A stretch of 64,000 nt of DNA, taken from positions 36,495,767-36,559,766 of the forward strand of contig NC_068994.1 in assembly GCF_001194135.2 (NCBI RefSeq), written 5' to 3'. Of the stretch, positions 26,869 through 39,530 are shown piece after piece. The notes beneath the pieces are model-generated. The model was not told the DNA's origin and did not search any database. It was given only the letters and a program-made list of their open reading frames with translations. Both the position numbers and the translations under genes were made by a program. Source of the stretch: Octopus bimaculoides (Eukaryota). Each line of letters opens with the position of its first letter. The first letter of the stretch is position 1.

Positions 26869-27025
26869 CTGGTAGTGTTTCATAATGTCCTGCATTTCTT
26901 TCATTCCATTCTTGATTATTTTCTGCATTTGATTGGATTGTTGATATATCATTAAGACGGTCAAGAGACACTATTATAGGCTCATGTTGGCCTATGTCCG
27001 AGGCCCTGCTTGAGAGAAAATTGAT
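26869..27025 (-). CDS. Protocadherin cytoplasmic exon 2 (INFLSSRASDIGQHEP...AGHYETLP-G)
   Basis: Acceptor CTATTGTATTTACAG|ATC is phase 0 and matches the upstream donor. 157 nt open frame (52 codons + 1). Donor CCAG|GTATAA is phase 1. Polar, tail-like peptide in a GC-richer island within AT-rich intron. Confidence 0.85.
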
Positions 27026-28271
27026 CTGTAAATACAATAGGCGGACCACTGTAAGGTAAAACTACATCTGGAATTATAGACTAAAATGTATAAGGGATAA
27101 AACTACTGTCAATCAGTAAGTTTATATGGAGACTTGATATAGCATTATTACTAAATTAAATTTAAAATAGTATTGAATCATGAATTAAAAGTCTAAGTAC
27201 AAAACATTGGCATCAACAAGATAGGTAAATACTAATGATTTATTAGAAAAAATATTTTTTTAAATATCAGTTTTGCTATAATCAAATTGTTCTCTCTGAT
27301 TACTATCTCTATGCTTAATCTAATTGAGATGCTGCGTTGTGATAATTAATGTTTTTTTTCTTGCATATTAATTAGAAAATACAATTAATCATGTAAATAG
27401 CTGAAAAAAAGTTCATGTAAACACTTTTAGAATTTTTTCATTGCTAGTATTAAGTATCCTTAGCAATAATGTTAATGTATTTGATACACATCTGCTTATA
27501 CACGTGGGTATGCAATTTGTGGTATGTTATTATGTCAATGCATAATGAATCACTTGTTTCTAAATGAAATGATATGTATTCTGTTATATGGGGTATAATT
27601 TATTCTCTGTTATATTATGTATTCTATTGTAAAATGCAGCTTATAATTATTTATATCATATGTTAGAAGAGATGGTATGTATATACATTGTTGTGTAAAT
27701 CCATTCCATAACGGCATGCATATTAATAACCATTTTAAAATCATAAATATCTCTGAAGGTAATTTGAGAATATCAAATTGACTAGTTTCCTAAGGATGAA
27801 AATGGAAATTATCTTACTCAGAGTTTAAGGGAATAGAAGAATAAATATAAAAATAAACTACAAGAAAATTTCTATCATTCAAGATAGAAGGAAACTCAAG
27901 TGGGATGTTTGTATTTCAGTTCTTCATTTTTCTATATCTTTTGAAAATTTAAATGCTAAGGAAGATAAATTATTGTTTATGAAAATATTTATTATTTTCA
28001 CCATTTTCTTGTACTCTCTGATTTATATAATTTCCGTTTCTATGAATTTTAATGCTAAGCAATTAACCTATTATATAAATCATTGAAGGCTTCTTAACTC
28101 CACTGCATAAGCTATAATAATCTGTGATGTAATGTGTATTCTACAGAAATTTCAGCTTAATGGTAAAGTTGAACATAGGTTTAGAGGAAATTACTTCTGG
28201 TGTAATAAACATTGATAATTGCAGGAAAGGAAACAAAAGAAAGAGAAGTAGGAATGAATGAAAATACAAAC

Positions 28272-30659
28272 CTGGTGAGATTGTGTAGTAAGGAACTGAG
28301 GATGAACTTCTGCAGAGGAAACTTCCCAGTCACACCCAGGTTCATAATCAGAATTTGGGTCTCTTCTTATTAGTGTTGCTTTAGGGGTGCGATTGCAATC
28401 TGCATCTGTTACCATAGCAACTGGGATATCATATTTAGGTGACATAAGTTCACAAACATACCCTGACTGTCTTTGTTCACCAACAAACTCATTGTTTGTA
28501 GCATACTGGACATCTCTTTGATGCCTTTTATGGACAACACATACTATCACTGAAACTACAATGGCAACTGAAACTATCACTGCTGCCACCACAATTATAA
28601 TCATCAAGTTAATATGTATTCTGTTGTCTGATTCTGTGTCTTCAGCTGTGTACATTCTGGCTGTTGTATTGCTAACAGTTAGTGTCAAAGACAGTGTAGT
28701 AGTTGCTGATAAAACTGGAGTGCCACTATCTTTGACAACTAAATTCAAAGTATATGATCCAGCATCATTTTGGTAAATAGGACGAGAGAATGATATAACA
28801 CCAGAATAGGGGTTAACTGAGAATAATTGCCTGTTATTTCCTCCAAATATTTCATATCTGAGGAAAGCATTCACATGACTGTCCCTATCAGACGCTCTTA
28901 ATGTTGTTATGTCGGTGTTACTTTGTGGATGGTAGTGGACATCCAGATTAAAGGGATCAACACTAGGAAATGTAAAATATGGAACGTTGTCATTTTTATC
29001 CATCACTTCAACAATTATATTTGCTGTATCACTTAAAGATGGTATTCCTTTATCTTCTACCAAAACTTTGAACTTATAAACATCTTGTTTTTCATGGTCT
29101 AATGTTGAAATTGTTGAAATAAATCCAAAGTTTGAAATCTTGAATGGGAGAATATCTTCATTGTTATTCAATAGAGAATATTTTAATTCTCCTCCAGATC
29201 CTAAGTCTGGATCTGAGGCATTTATAAAGCCCACAGGAAAGTTTGCTTCTTCATTTTCATAAGTTTGGAATCTAAATAATGATTTGATAAATTCTGGTTG
29301 TACATCATTTATATCCATTACTTGTATATAAAAATGTTTGTCTGTCTTTAGGGGTGGAAATCCTTTATCTTCACAAGAAATGGTAAAATTGATATAACTC
29401 TTACTTTCTCTATCTATAACCTTTTTTACTATAACTTTATATTTATTTCTTCCAAGACCTTGGAGCTGCAACTTATCATGGTGAAGCAAACAATGAACTT
29501 CACCGTTTTGTCCAATATCATTATCAGTGACTTTTACATAAGCAATAAAGCTACCAATTTTTACTCCCTCTGAAATACTGGCTAGATGTGCTGCTGATTT
29601 TGATATAAAATTCATGTCTATATCAGGAGGATTGTTCTCTTCACTATTTATATTCACTAAAACCATAGCAACTGAACTCAAAGATGGATTTCCTCCATCC
29701 TTGGCTTTAACATACAGTTTGTATAATTTTTTTGATCCTGGTGGAAACTTTTGCTGTTGCCAGATTTCTCCTGTTGATTCATTTAATTTAAAATAGGCTC
29801 TGGCACTCACCGATGTTTTGGAACTGAACTCATAGATTACTTTACCATTTTCACCAGAATCTAAGTCAGTTGCCGATAAAGTGACTATAGGCATTGATCG
29901 TTGATAACTATTTTTGATAGAAACATTGTAAATATTTTGGGAGAAGATTGGAGAATTGTCATTTTCATCTCGAATTAATATTTGGAGATTTAGAACACCT
30001 TCCTTTGGTGGATGGCCACCATCTTTTGCAATAACTTGAAGTTGATAAGAATCTTTCAATTCTCTGTCAAGTTTCTCTTGTAAAACTATTCCAAGTTTAG
30101 CAGAACCATCTAAGTTTCTGAAAACAGATAATGTGAAAGGTTCTTGTTTTGTTTTCTTTAGATGATAAGTTATCCGTGAACTTTGAATGCTTACATCATT
30201 ATCCATAGCATTTGGTATTGCTGTCCAAGATCCAATACTGTCTCTTTCTGAGAACATTATTTGTACTTGTTTCTCTGGAAATTTAGGTTGATTGTCATTG
30301 GCGTCTTCAATAATAACTTTGATTTCTAATATTTTTACAAAAGATTCTTTGTGACTGACTGCAACATCTACTATTCTGAAACATTCTGTCTTGTATTTAC
30401 AAAGAGATTCAGCATCTAATATTAATGAGGTATAAAATTTCCCTGTCTTAGAGACATTAAATAGCTGAGAACTGCTAGTGAGTTGGCTAAACCAAAGAAG
30501 ACTGTGATCTTGTGATGGAATACTGCTTCCTAAATGTGAGTCAATAGCAATGTCTCCAATGTATGTGCCTGGAGCTTGGTTCTCTTTCACATTATAGGTT
30601 ATGTCAACAGTTTGTGATAATTTCGGAAGAAATAGTAGTAACAATATTGGCACCAACAT
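28272..30659 (-). CDS. Protocadherin, main coding exon (796 codons: signal peptide, EC1-EC6, TM, proximal cytoplasmic tail)
   Basis: 822-aa ORF. N-terminal hydrophobic leader MLVPILLLLFLP. Six cadherin repeats with DxNDNxPxF, DRE and DxD/KDGG motifs (DANDNQPKF, LDRELK, DENDNSPIF, IDRESK, DINDVQPEF, DKNDNVPYF). Cys-X5-Cys in EC1 (CKYKTEC). TM LMIIIVVAAVIVSVAIVVSVIVCVV. Donor CAG|GTTTGT after ...QSHQ at 28272/28271 (phase 0); the last 26 ORF codons are F/C-rich and look intronic. Confidence 0.96.
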
Positions 30660-30698
30660 TATCTTTATAATGATTTTATGAAGTCATTGATAGTAAAT
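30660..30698 (-). other. 5' UTR portion of the main protocadherin exon
   Basis: Strong acceptor TTTCTTTTTTGGTTTCAG| at 30700-30699, leaving 39 nt before the ATG at 30659. Confidence 0.7.
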
Positions 30699-31284
30699 CT
30701 GAAACCAAAAAAGAAATGCACTTCTCAAATACCTATTTACAACAGAATATCAAGAAAATATACATATGTTTCACATTTTAATATTTTGTTAGATAATATT
30801 TAGAATTTACAAGCTGCTGTTTCTATTATTGATAATATTTAAAAGAAAAAGTCTTTAGCTGACAGTATATATTATTCAGTGGTTCAATATTGTAGTATTC
30901 AATATTTTTAAGCATATTTTCAGCTTTGAATTTTTCAGATATTATAAATTTTTCCTTAGTCAAATTGACATTGTAATCATTCAATAAATTGCCTCTATTA
31001 TGATCAAATTGTCTAAATCAACTGTAAAACAGTAGTATGTATGTTGTAGACTGAATGCTGTATCTAAGTTGTAAGCAGTACATTCTAACCACCATGAGAA
31101 AATAAATTTTCTTATCAGAGCCAATATCTTAGTCTTTCTATTAGGCCTACCGCTGATTAATATCCTTTCTGTGGGGAAACTCATTGTAACCTAGATTCTG
31201 GCAAGATTTAATGCAGAAATTTGGTTCTGCAGGATATAAGCAGGGAAGGTTCAATCAAATAGAATATGGGTGAAGTATCTTGAT

Positions 31285-31355
31285 TTCTTTTCTTTTCTTT
31301 TTCTTTTCTTTTCTTTTTTTCTTTTCTTTTTTCTTTTCTTTTTTTTTTCTTTTTT
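31285..31355. repeat. (TTTTC)n pentanucleotide / polypyrimidine microsatellite
   Basis: Read directly from the sequence. Confidence 0.9.
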
Positions 31356-33099
31356 GCTTCAAATGAAGTAAACAGTGTAAGAATTGCTATGCTGTACCAC
31401 ATTGACTATTATCTTCTTGGCAACAACACCTTATTAATGAGCAAATCGTGCAGGCAATGTAGTGAAGAGATTAATCTGAAAAGAATACATTAACAACAAA
31501 GGGTTTTTTTTCTGCTTTGCTCACAATTCATTGATGAGACAAGTCTTCTGCTAGTTGGACTTCTAACAAGAAGAAAGTAAGAGATTACATGTGGGATTGG
31601 GTTAGGAAGGTGGTAACGATTGAGGTTAGAGGTGAGGAAGCAGGCCTTATCTTTGATTCAAGATGTTCTTCAAAGATGCTAGAGGTGGATATGAAAAAGG
31701 TTGTGAGGAATGCTTCCAGGTTAATGAAGGTGAGCGGTCAAAATGGGTTTTGTTAACTCACTTTCAATATAAAGCAGTTATGGTGGAGTGGAGTAGGGTG
31801 GTGGTGGGNNNNNNNNNNNNNNNNNNNNNNNNNNNNNNNNNNNNNNNNNNNNNNNNNNNNNNNNNNNNNNNNNNNNNNNNNNNNNNNNNNNNNNNNNNNN
31901 NNNNNNNNNNNNNNNNNNNNNNNNNNNNNNNNNNNNNNNNNNNNNNNNNNNNNNNNNNNNNNNNNNNNNNNNNNNNNNNNNNNNNNNNNNNNNNNNNNNN
32001 NNNNNNNNNNNNNNNNNNNNNNNNNNNNNNNNNNNNNNNNNNNNNNNNNNNNNNNNNNNNNNNNNNNNNNNNNNNNNNNNNNNNNNNNNNNNNNNNNNNN
32101 NNNNNNNNNNNNNNNNNNNNNNNNNNNNNNNNNNNNNNNNNNNNNNNNNNNNNNNNNNNNNNNNNNNNNNNNNNNNNNNNNNNNNNNNNNNNNNNNNNNN
32201 NNNNNNNNNNNNNNNNNNNNNNNNNNNNNNNNNNNNNNNNNNNNNNNNNNNNNNNNNNNNNNNNNNNNNNNNNNNNNNNNNNNNNNNNNNNNNNNNNNNN
32301 NNNNNNNNNNNNNNNNNNNNNNNNNNNNNNNNNNNNNNNNNNNNNNNNNNNNNNNNNNNNNNNNNNNNNNNNNNNNNNCCCCCCCCCCCCCTCTCTCTCT
32401 CTCGTATTAGCTCACTTGAAATTCAAGAAATTTATATTCTTGCAACATGACCAATAAAACATTGAAGCAAATGAAAAGAAAACAAAGCAACTGTATTAAT
32501 TATTGCAAAGTGATTTCTTTAGTGCAGTTTGCTTATCTTTGTTTCAAGTCTGCATTATCTTCTAAAGGAACAACTTTGATGTAATATTGTAAATTGATAT
32601 CTAATTTAACTGAAATGTAGTTGATCAACATATAGCATTTTAGAGCATTTAAGCTAATTTATATGTATACTTTTTAGCTCTAGCACAATATCACTGATGA
32701 TATGAGAATCACATACATGTTGCTTAATTTAATTTGTAATGTTTTAACATTGATTAAGTTAACTTTCAAAGAATGTAATTGTTAAAGACGGTGCCTTATA
32801 ATTGCAACTTTAGCTTGAAGTCTTAATACAATTAAATCTTAATACAATTAACAAAATTTGTAGGCTGAATGAATGTTGAATAAAAGAAAGAAAACACCAA
32901 TTTAAATTGCATTTGACAAGAAACTAAGTCAGTCAGTGTGTATAAACAGTTTTGAAATTTCTATGTGAATGATAAGAATTTGAAATATATGATGTACTTA
33001 TTGATAACTAATCACATAATTCCAATGCAATTAATAATAGCCAATACTTGTACATGTTCATATTAATTTTTACACCTTTCTTTATAAGTATAGAAGCTA

Positions 33100-33111
33100 A
33101 TAGTAGTAGTA

Positions 33112-33161
<50 letters not shown>
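33100..33161. repeat. (TAG)n(TAA)n trinucleotide microsatellite
   Basis: Read directly from the sequence. Confidence 0.95.
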
Positions 33162-33162
<1 letters not shown>

Positions 33163-33320
33163 CTAATAAATGCATTCTTCATAAACAAACAGAGCTAAAA
33201 ATGTCATACAATGTTTAAAATAAATATATATTCAAAGATTGACAACATATACCAACTGTACCAACTGCTTTTAAAGAAGGCTATCATGTAACTAACTGAG
33301 TTAAATGTATATTGGTATAT

Positions 33321-33372
<52 letters not shown>

Positions 33373-33750
33373 GTTTATATGTATACACACACACTCATGC
33401 ACACATCATCATCGTCATTGAACATCTGTTGTCCATGCTGACATGGGCTGGATGGTTTCATCTCGGCTGGTATATATATATATATATGTATGTATGTATA
33501 TGCATGTATACATGTATATGTAATATAAAAATGTGAATGTATATACACATACACGTGCAGACACTTCCATGTAAACATCATCCATACAAATATGCATATT
33601 TATTTATTTATTTATTTGCGCGCGCGCGCGCAATATGTGGATGCAACAACATTTTAGTATGTATATATACAAGCACAAAATATATTGAAAGTAACAATAC
33701 TTCCAGACAAATATTGTTTATACACATACATATATAAACATATATGTATA

Positions 33751-33877
<127 letters not shown>

Positions 33878-35371
33878 GTATCTAATTAGGTATACCTACT
33901 TATATATACACATTTAAACACACACGCATATATACACACATATATGATGTTTGTCTGGAAGTATTGTTACTGTCAGTATATTTTGTGTTTATATATATTC
34001 ATACTGCAATGTTGTTACTTCCACATACCATCACAATATATACACTTGCATGCCACTATATGAAATTTAATGCATTTTATGTCAGTATTTTTTCTGTGTA
34101 TGATTTTTGTCAATGCATTATGTATGTGTGTTGTGTGTATTTTGTGTTTATTGCCTGTATGTGTATGTATATACTTACCCATATCTGTCTATCATCTATG
34201 ACCATCCATTCATCCATACATATATATATATATATATTTATTTATTTATTATCTACATATGTGTGTCGTTGATATACACACACACATATACCTCTGTGTA
34301 TTTAGTGTAAGTTTCCACAAAAATACTTTAGTGTCTGATAAAAGCTATTGCATATAGTCTTCAAAATATATTATATTATTTACTAATTTTGTTTCACTAA
34401 TTTTTGATAAAATGTAATATTTCAATACCTGTCATACATGTGTGTGTGTGTGTATGTAAATATATACATACATGCATGCATATATATATATAAATACACA
34501 CACACACACACACACACATGTATGTATATCTTTGTATCTATGTTGCTGAATAATATTAGTTAAACATAATTATCATGTGGTTGATAACATGAAAAAAAAA
34601 AATATCATGCAAACCAAATGTGAGATATTTCTAAATAACAGAATGTCACCAATTTTATATTACCTGAATGTCACATATACTTCACTGAAATGAAATGTCA
34701 AATATTCAACAATAGACTAAATTAGTGATATTTCAAAATAGCCAAATTTGAGATATTCATATAGATTAAATGTTAGTTATTCAGTAAAGTATTTCTAAAA
34801 ATGCTATATGAAAATTATTTAAAAAGTATGTGTTTATCATAAGAACAAAGTAAAATGTATTTAACAGAGTTAACTTTCTTCAATAAAATGTCTTTAAAGT
34901 ATTTTTCTGTAGTATATTGAAAAATAATTTTACTAATAAATAGTATACTAGAGTCATTTTAAGTTGAGATTATATACAATTCCTTTTCTTTTCATTTACT
35001 TTTTTAAACATCTGAGTGATGTAACTTTATTTCTCTAGGTATTTGTAAAAAGAACTTAAAGTAATTGTACATGTAATAAAACTGAACACTAAAGATAATT
35101 TCTTTAATGATTAGATTTTAGTTATGAAGCTGTATAGATTACCCTCTCTATTTAAAAAGTATACTATATTTTAAATTTTAAACATTATATAGTTATCTAT
35201 ATACTGTTGTATATTATATACTTTTCAAAATTCACAACACTTGATTCATTTTAACTTGTAAAATGAAGTATCTGATTTTGATATTTTTTTAAGTGATACT
35301 TTTAATTTTTCTGTAATAGAATGCAATATAAAGTAACTGTCTTTAGAAAGAGAAAAGATGTGAGCACTTAC

Positions 35372-35520
35372 CAATACTGCAAAATTTTCTCCAATGTGCC
35401 GATAGCTGAACTGTGTATGTATCCTGCTGTAGAGTTGTACAGTTACTGCTGCTGATGTGAGCCAGCAATACTGTGTGGCTTGGTCTGTGTTGTGTGAGTA
35501 TGAGAGAGAGAGGTTTACAT
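35372..35520 (-). other. Probable non-coding first exon (5' UTR) of the protocadherin; 5' boundary approximate
   Basis: Consensus donor TTG|GTAAGT at 35372/35371, in a non-repetitive, GC-richer island 4.7 kb upstream of the main-exon acceptor. Confidence 0.5.
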
Positions 35521-35558
35521 TTCTATCAAGTATAGTGTGTATGTAATGTCTGCTACAA

Positions 35559-35658
35559 CCAATAACAGGCTGTTTATGGTTCCCATGGAAGGAAAACGGA
35601 AATTCTGCTTCAGATTCCAGCTGTAAAGAAGTAGATTTAATACAGAGATGAGTCACGT
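35559..35658 (-). promoter_or_regulatory. Candidate proximal promoter motifs: CCAAT box (35559-35563) and AP-1 site TGAGTCA (35649-35655) overlapping TCACGT
   Basis: Motifs are read directly and lie just upstream of the putative first exon. Short motifs also arise by chance. Confidence 0.3.
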
Positions 35659-36529
35659 ATATTCTTAAAAACACTAAATAATTGTTATATATACACTTAT
35701 TTATTGCTAATGTAAAAGAAAAGAAAAATCTATCAATAAGTATAGACATGCAACTGTTTGAAAATACCTTCATACCTGTTAAAAGAAACCTGTAAACCTA
35801 TGATAACTAGGTGTTTTTTTTTTTCAAAAACTGAAACATCAATCACTTTTTCCCCCCATTTACAAAATCTTAATATTACTGTGACTTTTTTTTTTCCTTA
35901 TCAGTTCAGTTCTTATTTGATGAACATAGATTTATCCATAATCAAAGTAAAAGAATTATCAATAATAAACATTACAAAGAAAGGTTTAAGATTTGAGTGA
36001 TCTACGTCAATATGAAGAAAGAAATTTGTCTTATAATAATAATAAAAAAAAAAAATTCAGAAATCTGAAATGAAAGAACTAGTGCTATCAAAGAAATGTG
36101 TATTGCGATATTATTAAAAGAGAGAAAATAATACTTTTCCTGAAAACACTCAAACTAAATAAAAGGAGTAAAAAAAAATGTTGAATGAAAACTATGATGT
36201 CTCAAATTTTCTTTTGCTATCAAAAGACACTTATTTTATTTTTCAATAGAGGTATTGGAAAAAGTGAAAGTGTTTAAATATAAGAGTTGAATTAATATTT
36301 CTAGCCTTAGTAGGAAAAGTAAAGTTTTAAAGTTGCCCAAAACCAAACATAATTAAGAGCTAAATATCTCATTTTTAGTGATAATTTGTGTTTTTGAAAA
36401 TACTTTCTATTCAAGGTAAAGAACAAAGTTGGTACCAGAAACAAAATACATGTTAAATTTTACACATATGAACACATGCAATCTTACATACCAGTGCACA
36501 CTATTCTGCGCTATGCACACACACACACA

Positions 36530-36612
<83 letters not shown>

Positions 36613-36664
36613 NNNNNNNNNNNNNNNNNNNNNNNNNNNNNNNNNNNNNNNNNNNNNNNNNNNN

Positions 36665-36706
<42 letters not shown>

Positions 36707-39429
36707 AATATTAAGTTACATCTTGCAAGGAAAGGAAGGTTACTTATATCATGAATTTAGCAAAACTTATTAATTAACAAGGGAAATAACTTTATGAGAA
36801 TGTTTACAAAAATTTCTTGTTTTGAATCAAATCAAGAAAATCATTTCCTCAGCTTATGAAATTGGAAGCCATCAACATTTTGAAATACATTTTTCTTTTT
36901 CTTTTTTCAATAAAATGTCAGTAATTTAATTTAACGGATGAAGTTCAAGTGATCTCACTTAAAATGTTGAAACCATATAAGTTTTAAAATGAATGTAATA
37001 AAATGAATTAAATAAAGAAATCACTTGATAATAAACATTATGGGCATTAAAATGTCAAATTAAGAAATGTGAGAGTATCTTAAAGTGAAATGTATGTAAT
37101 TTGATCTGAAATAATTGTAAGAAACAATGTCATTTCTCTAGATAATAATGTGACCTTGTTTTGTTTAACAATTTCTATTTTTGTCAAATACTCTTTCTTT
37201 ACCCCTCATTATTTGATATTACCATAGACAGTATTAGAAGAACAAAATATATTGATGTATTAAATCAAAATGAAAATATAAGTTATAAGAGAATATTGGC
37301 TTTTTATCATGTTAATTTTCTGATAATTTTATAAAATATTCATCTCTCAGTAGAAAAAACCCCCCAGAATATATAATATATAATATATATGCAACAGAAA
37401 AGACATCCAAAAGATCTTATTACATTAAAGTAGCTATTATGTATTCTGATTACTTTCCAAACATATCTCAGCCAAATTTTACAGATCCTCCAAAACTAGG
37501 AAATCTTTATGTAGTGTTGCCAAAGATAATAGTTTGGCTTCACCTTTTCAGTTTCAGCTTCTGCTTTGATACTTGATGTTAAAATATCATTACGGTAACA
37601 TACTGCTTCCTTTACAGTAACATTTGGTGAAAAATTCAATGTCAAAATTTTATTCCTATTAGATTTATTGAAAAGATGTACCATATAGTCCCCCACTCAC
37701 ATTCAGTTTATATCCAAGCTATTTCAGTATTGTAACCATGCCTCATGAAAACATGCCAATATTTTACCATAACAAACATAGAGAAAATCTTTTATCTCTC
37801 TCTTCTTTCCAATATTGTAAAATAGAAAAAAATGAAACTGTTTTGTTTCTCTAAACTTTACTTCTTAGTGTCTGTTCTTTAAAGCAAAGTGATTGATTAC
37901 CTTAGTTATAAGCAAGTGGGTTACATTCATAAAATATTTAGTTAAAAATAGCAAATACATCTTATAGTGATTTCTGAACTAGGTGCAAATCCTATCTTTC
38001 TTCCTTTTTCTTCCTTCTTTTTTTTCTTCTTCTTGCAAGTGTGTGTGTGTGTTGGGGAGAAAGGAGAAAGGGCTTAATTATATTTAATTGAATTGTTTCA
38101 ATATATTACTGGTATATTTCAACACTTAGCTCTAATTCAGAAAAATTTAGATGAATAAACTAGATAAAAATGTCCAGCTAAATATTCTATTGTTTAAAAA
38201 ATGTTGTACCTGACTAAAATTTACATATACATCTGTATCTATCTATCTATCTATCTGTCTATATATATATATANNNNNNNNNNNNNNNNNNNNNNNNNNN
38301 NNNNNNNNNNNNNNNNNNNNNNNNNNNNNNNNNNNNNNNNNNNNNNNNNNNNNNNNNNNNNNNNNNNNNNNNNNNNNNNNNNNNNNNNNNNNNNNNNNNN
38401 NNNNNNNNNNNNNNNNNNNNNNNNNNNNNNNNNNNNNNNNNNNNNNNNNNNNNNNNNNNNNNNNNNNNNNNNNNNNNNNNNNNNNNNNNNNNNNNNNNNN
38501 NNNNNNNNNNNNNNNNNNNNNNNNNNNNNNNNNNNNNNNNNNNNNNNNNNNNNNNNNNNNNNNNNNNNNNNNNNNNNNNNNNNNNNNNNNNNNNNNNNNN
38601 NNNNNNNNNNNNNNNNNNNNNNNNNNNNNNNNNNNNNNNNNNNNNNNNNNNNNNNNNNNNNNNNNNNNNNNNNNNNNNNNNNCTCTCTCTCTCTAAAATT
38701 TGCATATCATAATTGATAAAACAGATGATAAGACATGATTCAAAATAATTCTCTCAGGTTCATGTCTTTGTATAAAGAAAATTTACCCCAGAGCCCTGAG
38801 TGACTCATTGTTCTAATAAGTTTCTTTATATTCAATAACAACAATGAAAAATAAATCAATTTTTGTCTTCTAAATACTCCTAAAAATGCTTTATGCACTA
38901 CAATGATGTTTTTGCAACGTTTCTCAAACTTTTAAGATTGTTCTTAATTTTGAAGTAGGTGTAAAATAAAAATAAAAGCCTATAAATATTTCTTGGTATG
39001 CTGTATGTATAGAAAATAACTTCTGGAATTCTTCAAAATTATATTAAAAATGTTGGTACTAATTTCAACACTGGTCATACTAACAGCAGCACAAAACTAT
39101 TTACTGAAATCTAACTAAAATCGTATCAAACCCGACTTTGTTTAACCCTTTAAGCATGGAGGTCATTAATAAGCAATTTGATGAATGTATGCCCAGAGCA
39201 TAAGTCAGCAATAAGCAATTCTGATTGTCATACAATTTCTGAATAGTATAAATTTCAATTTTAAAATATTAATTGTCATGCTGAAATATTACTTAGTGTA
39301 ATGAAAGGGTTAGGAATAAGAATTCTTACACGGCTAAAATTCTCTTTAACTTAAACATTTCGATGATATTGAAGAAATTAATAAATGGTAACAGTTTGTA
39401 AAATATTGATTTCTAACATTTGTGAGTAG

Positions 39430-39530
39430 CATACACCTGATTAAGTTGACTGTAGAGCTTTACTGGTACTTTATTCTGTTGACCCTGAAAGGGTGAAAAG
39501 GAAAGTTGACGTTGGTGTAATTTGAATTTA
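39430..39530 (-). mobile_element. Family B SINE-like fragment
   Basis: ACTGGTACTTTATTCTGTTGACCCTGAAAGGGTGAAAAGGAAAGTTGAC matches the 3623 and 58580 copies. Confidence 0.5.

Noticed and set aside
28561-29796. Plus-strand ORFs 28561-28776 and 29614-29796
   Set aside because: Antisense shadows of the protocadherin exon, with no independent support.
31780-32400. G-rich tract left of a gap and poly-C right of it, as a G-quadruplex or hairpin element
   Set aside because: Most of the interval is N, so the structure cannot be evaluated.
35246-35773. 175-aa minus-strand ORF over the putative first exon
   Set aside because: No recognisable domain, and it runs through a consensus splice donor into AT-rich intron. 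Better explained as promoter and 5' UTR sequence, although a uORF cannot be excluded.
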